Positions 64,000 through 64,000 of a DNA stretch of 64,000 bases are shown here, in pieces; within the stretch, counting starts at the first letter, position 1; every line of letters starts with the position of its first letter. The notes under the pieces were generated by a model. It had not been told where the DNA came from and searched no databases. It saw only the letters and a list, made by a program, of their open reading frames with translations. The stretch comes from a virus, in the IMG/VR virus record IMGVR_UViG_3300032401_001514, positions 65,629-129,628 of that record. The stretch is one strand, 5' to 3'. The translations under genes and the position numbers were made by a program.

Positions 64000-64000
64000 G

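Noticed and set aside
1-64000. tRNA, rRNA, CRISPR array, diversity-generating retroelement, intein, stop-codon reassignment
   Set aside because: Intergenic gaps are under about 160 nt with no cloverleaf or repeat-spacer pattern. No reverse transcriptase or TR/VR pair and no intein termini were recognised. Long ORFs are intact in the standard code and end in TAA, TGA or TAG.

Overview
This is an AT-rich (roughly 30% GC by eye), densely coding stretch of a large contractile-tailed (myovirus-type) phage genome, read almost entirely on the minus strand. From right to left it holds: a partial GC-rich gene, probably structural; a free-standing LAGLIDADG endonuclease; a beta-helix fibre; small ORFs; a neck/head-closure protein; NUDIX and HExxH proteins; a holin candidate; a 1779-aa fibre; an oppositely oriented myxobacterial-type lipoprotein moron with its own sigma70 promoter; an HNH endonuclease; the tail terminator, sheath and tube; G/GT chaperones with a -1 slippery site; the tape measure protein; tube initiator, hub and spike; and very enlarged baseplate wedge proteins. 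These run directly into a co-oriented glycan island of at least 15 kb (about 10 glycosyltransferase-like genes including GT11, GT6, GT2 and GT4, two SAM methyltransferases, and a ColD plus Fcl-like GDP-3,6-dideoxysugar pathway). The most striking unexplained signal is the tripeptide Asp-Gly-Tyr (DGY). By manual count it occurs 36 times in nine predicted outer virion proteins (about 9,000 aa). It is absent from the inner tail proteins (about 4,700 aa) and the glyco-enzymes (about 5,000 aa). My working hypothesis, which is inference, is a phage-encoded virion-surface glycosylation system that uses DGY as an acceptor or recognition sequon and may build a blood-group-A-like glycan. No tRNA, rRNA or CRISPR array was seen. 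All family assignments come from motif recognition, not database searches.
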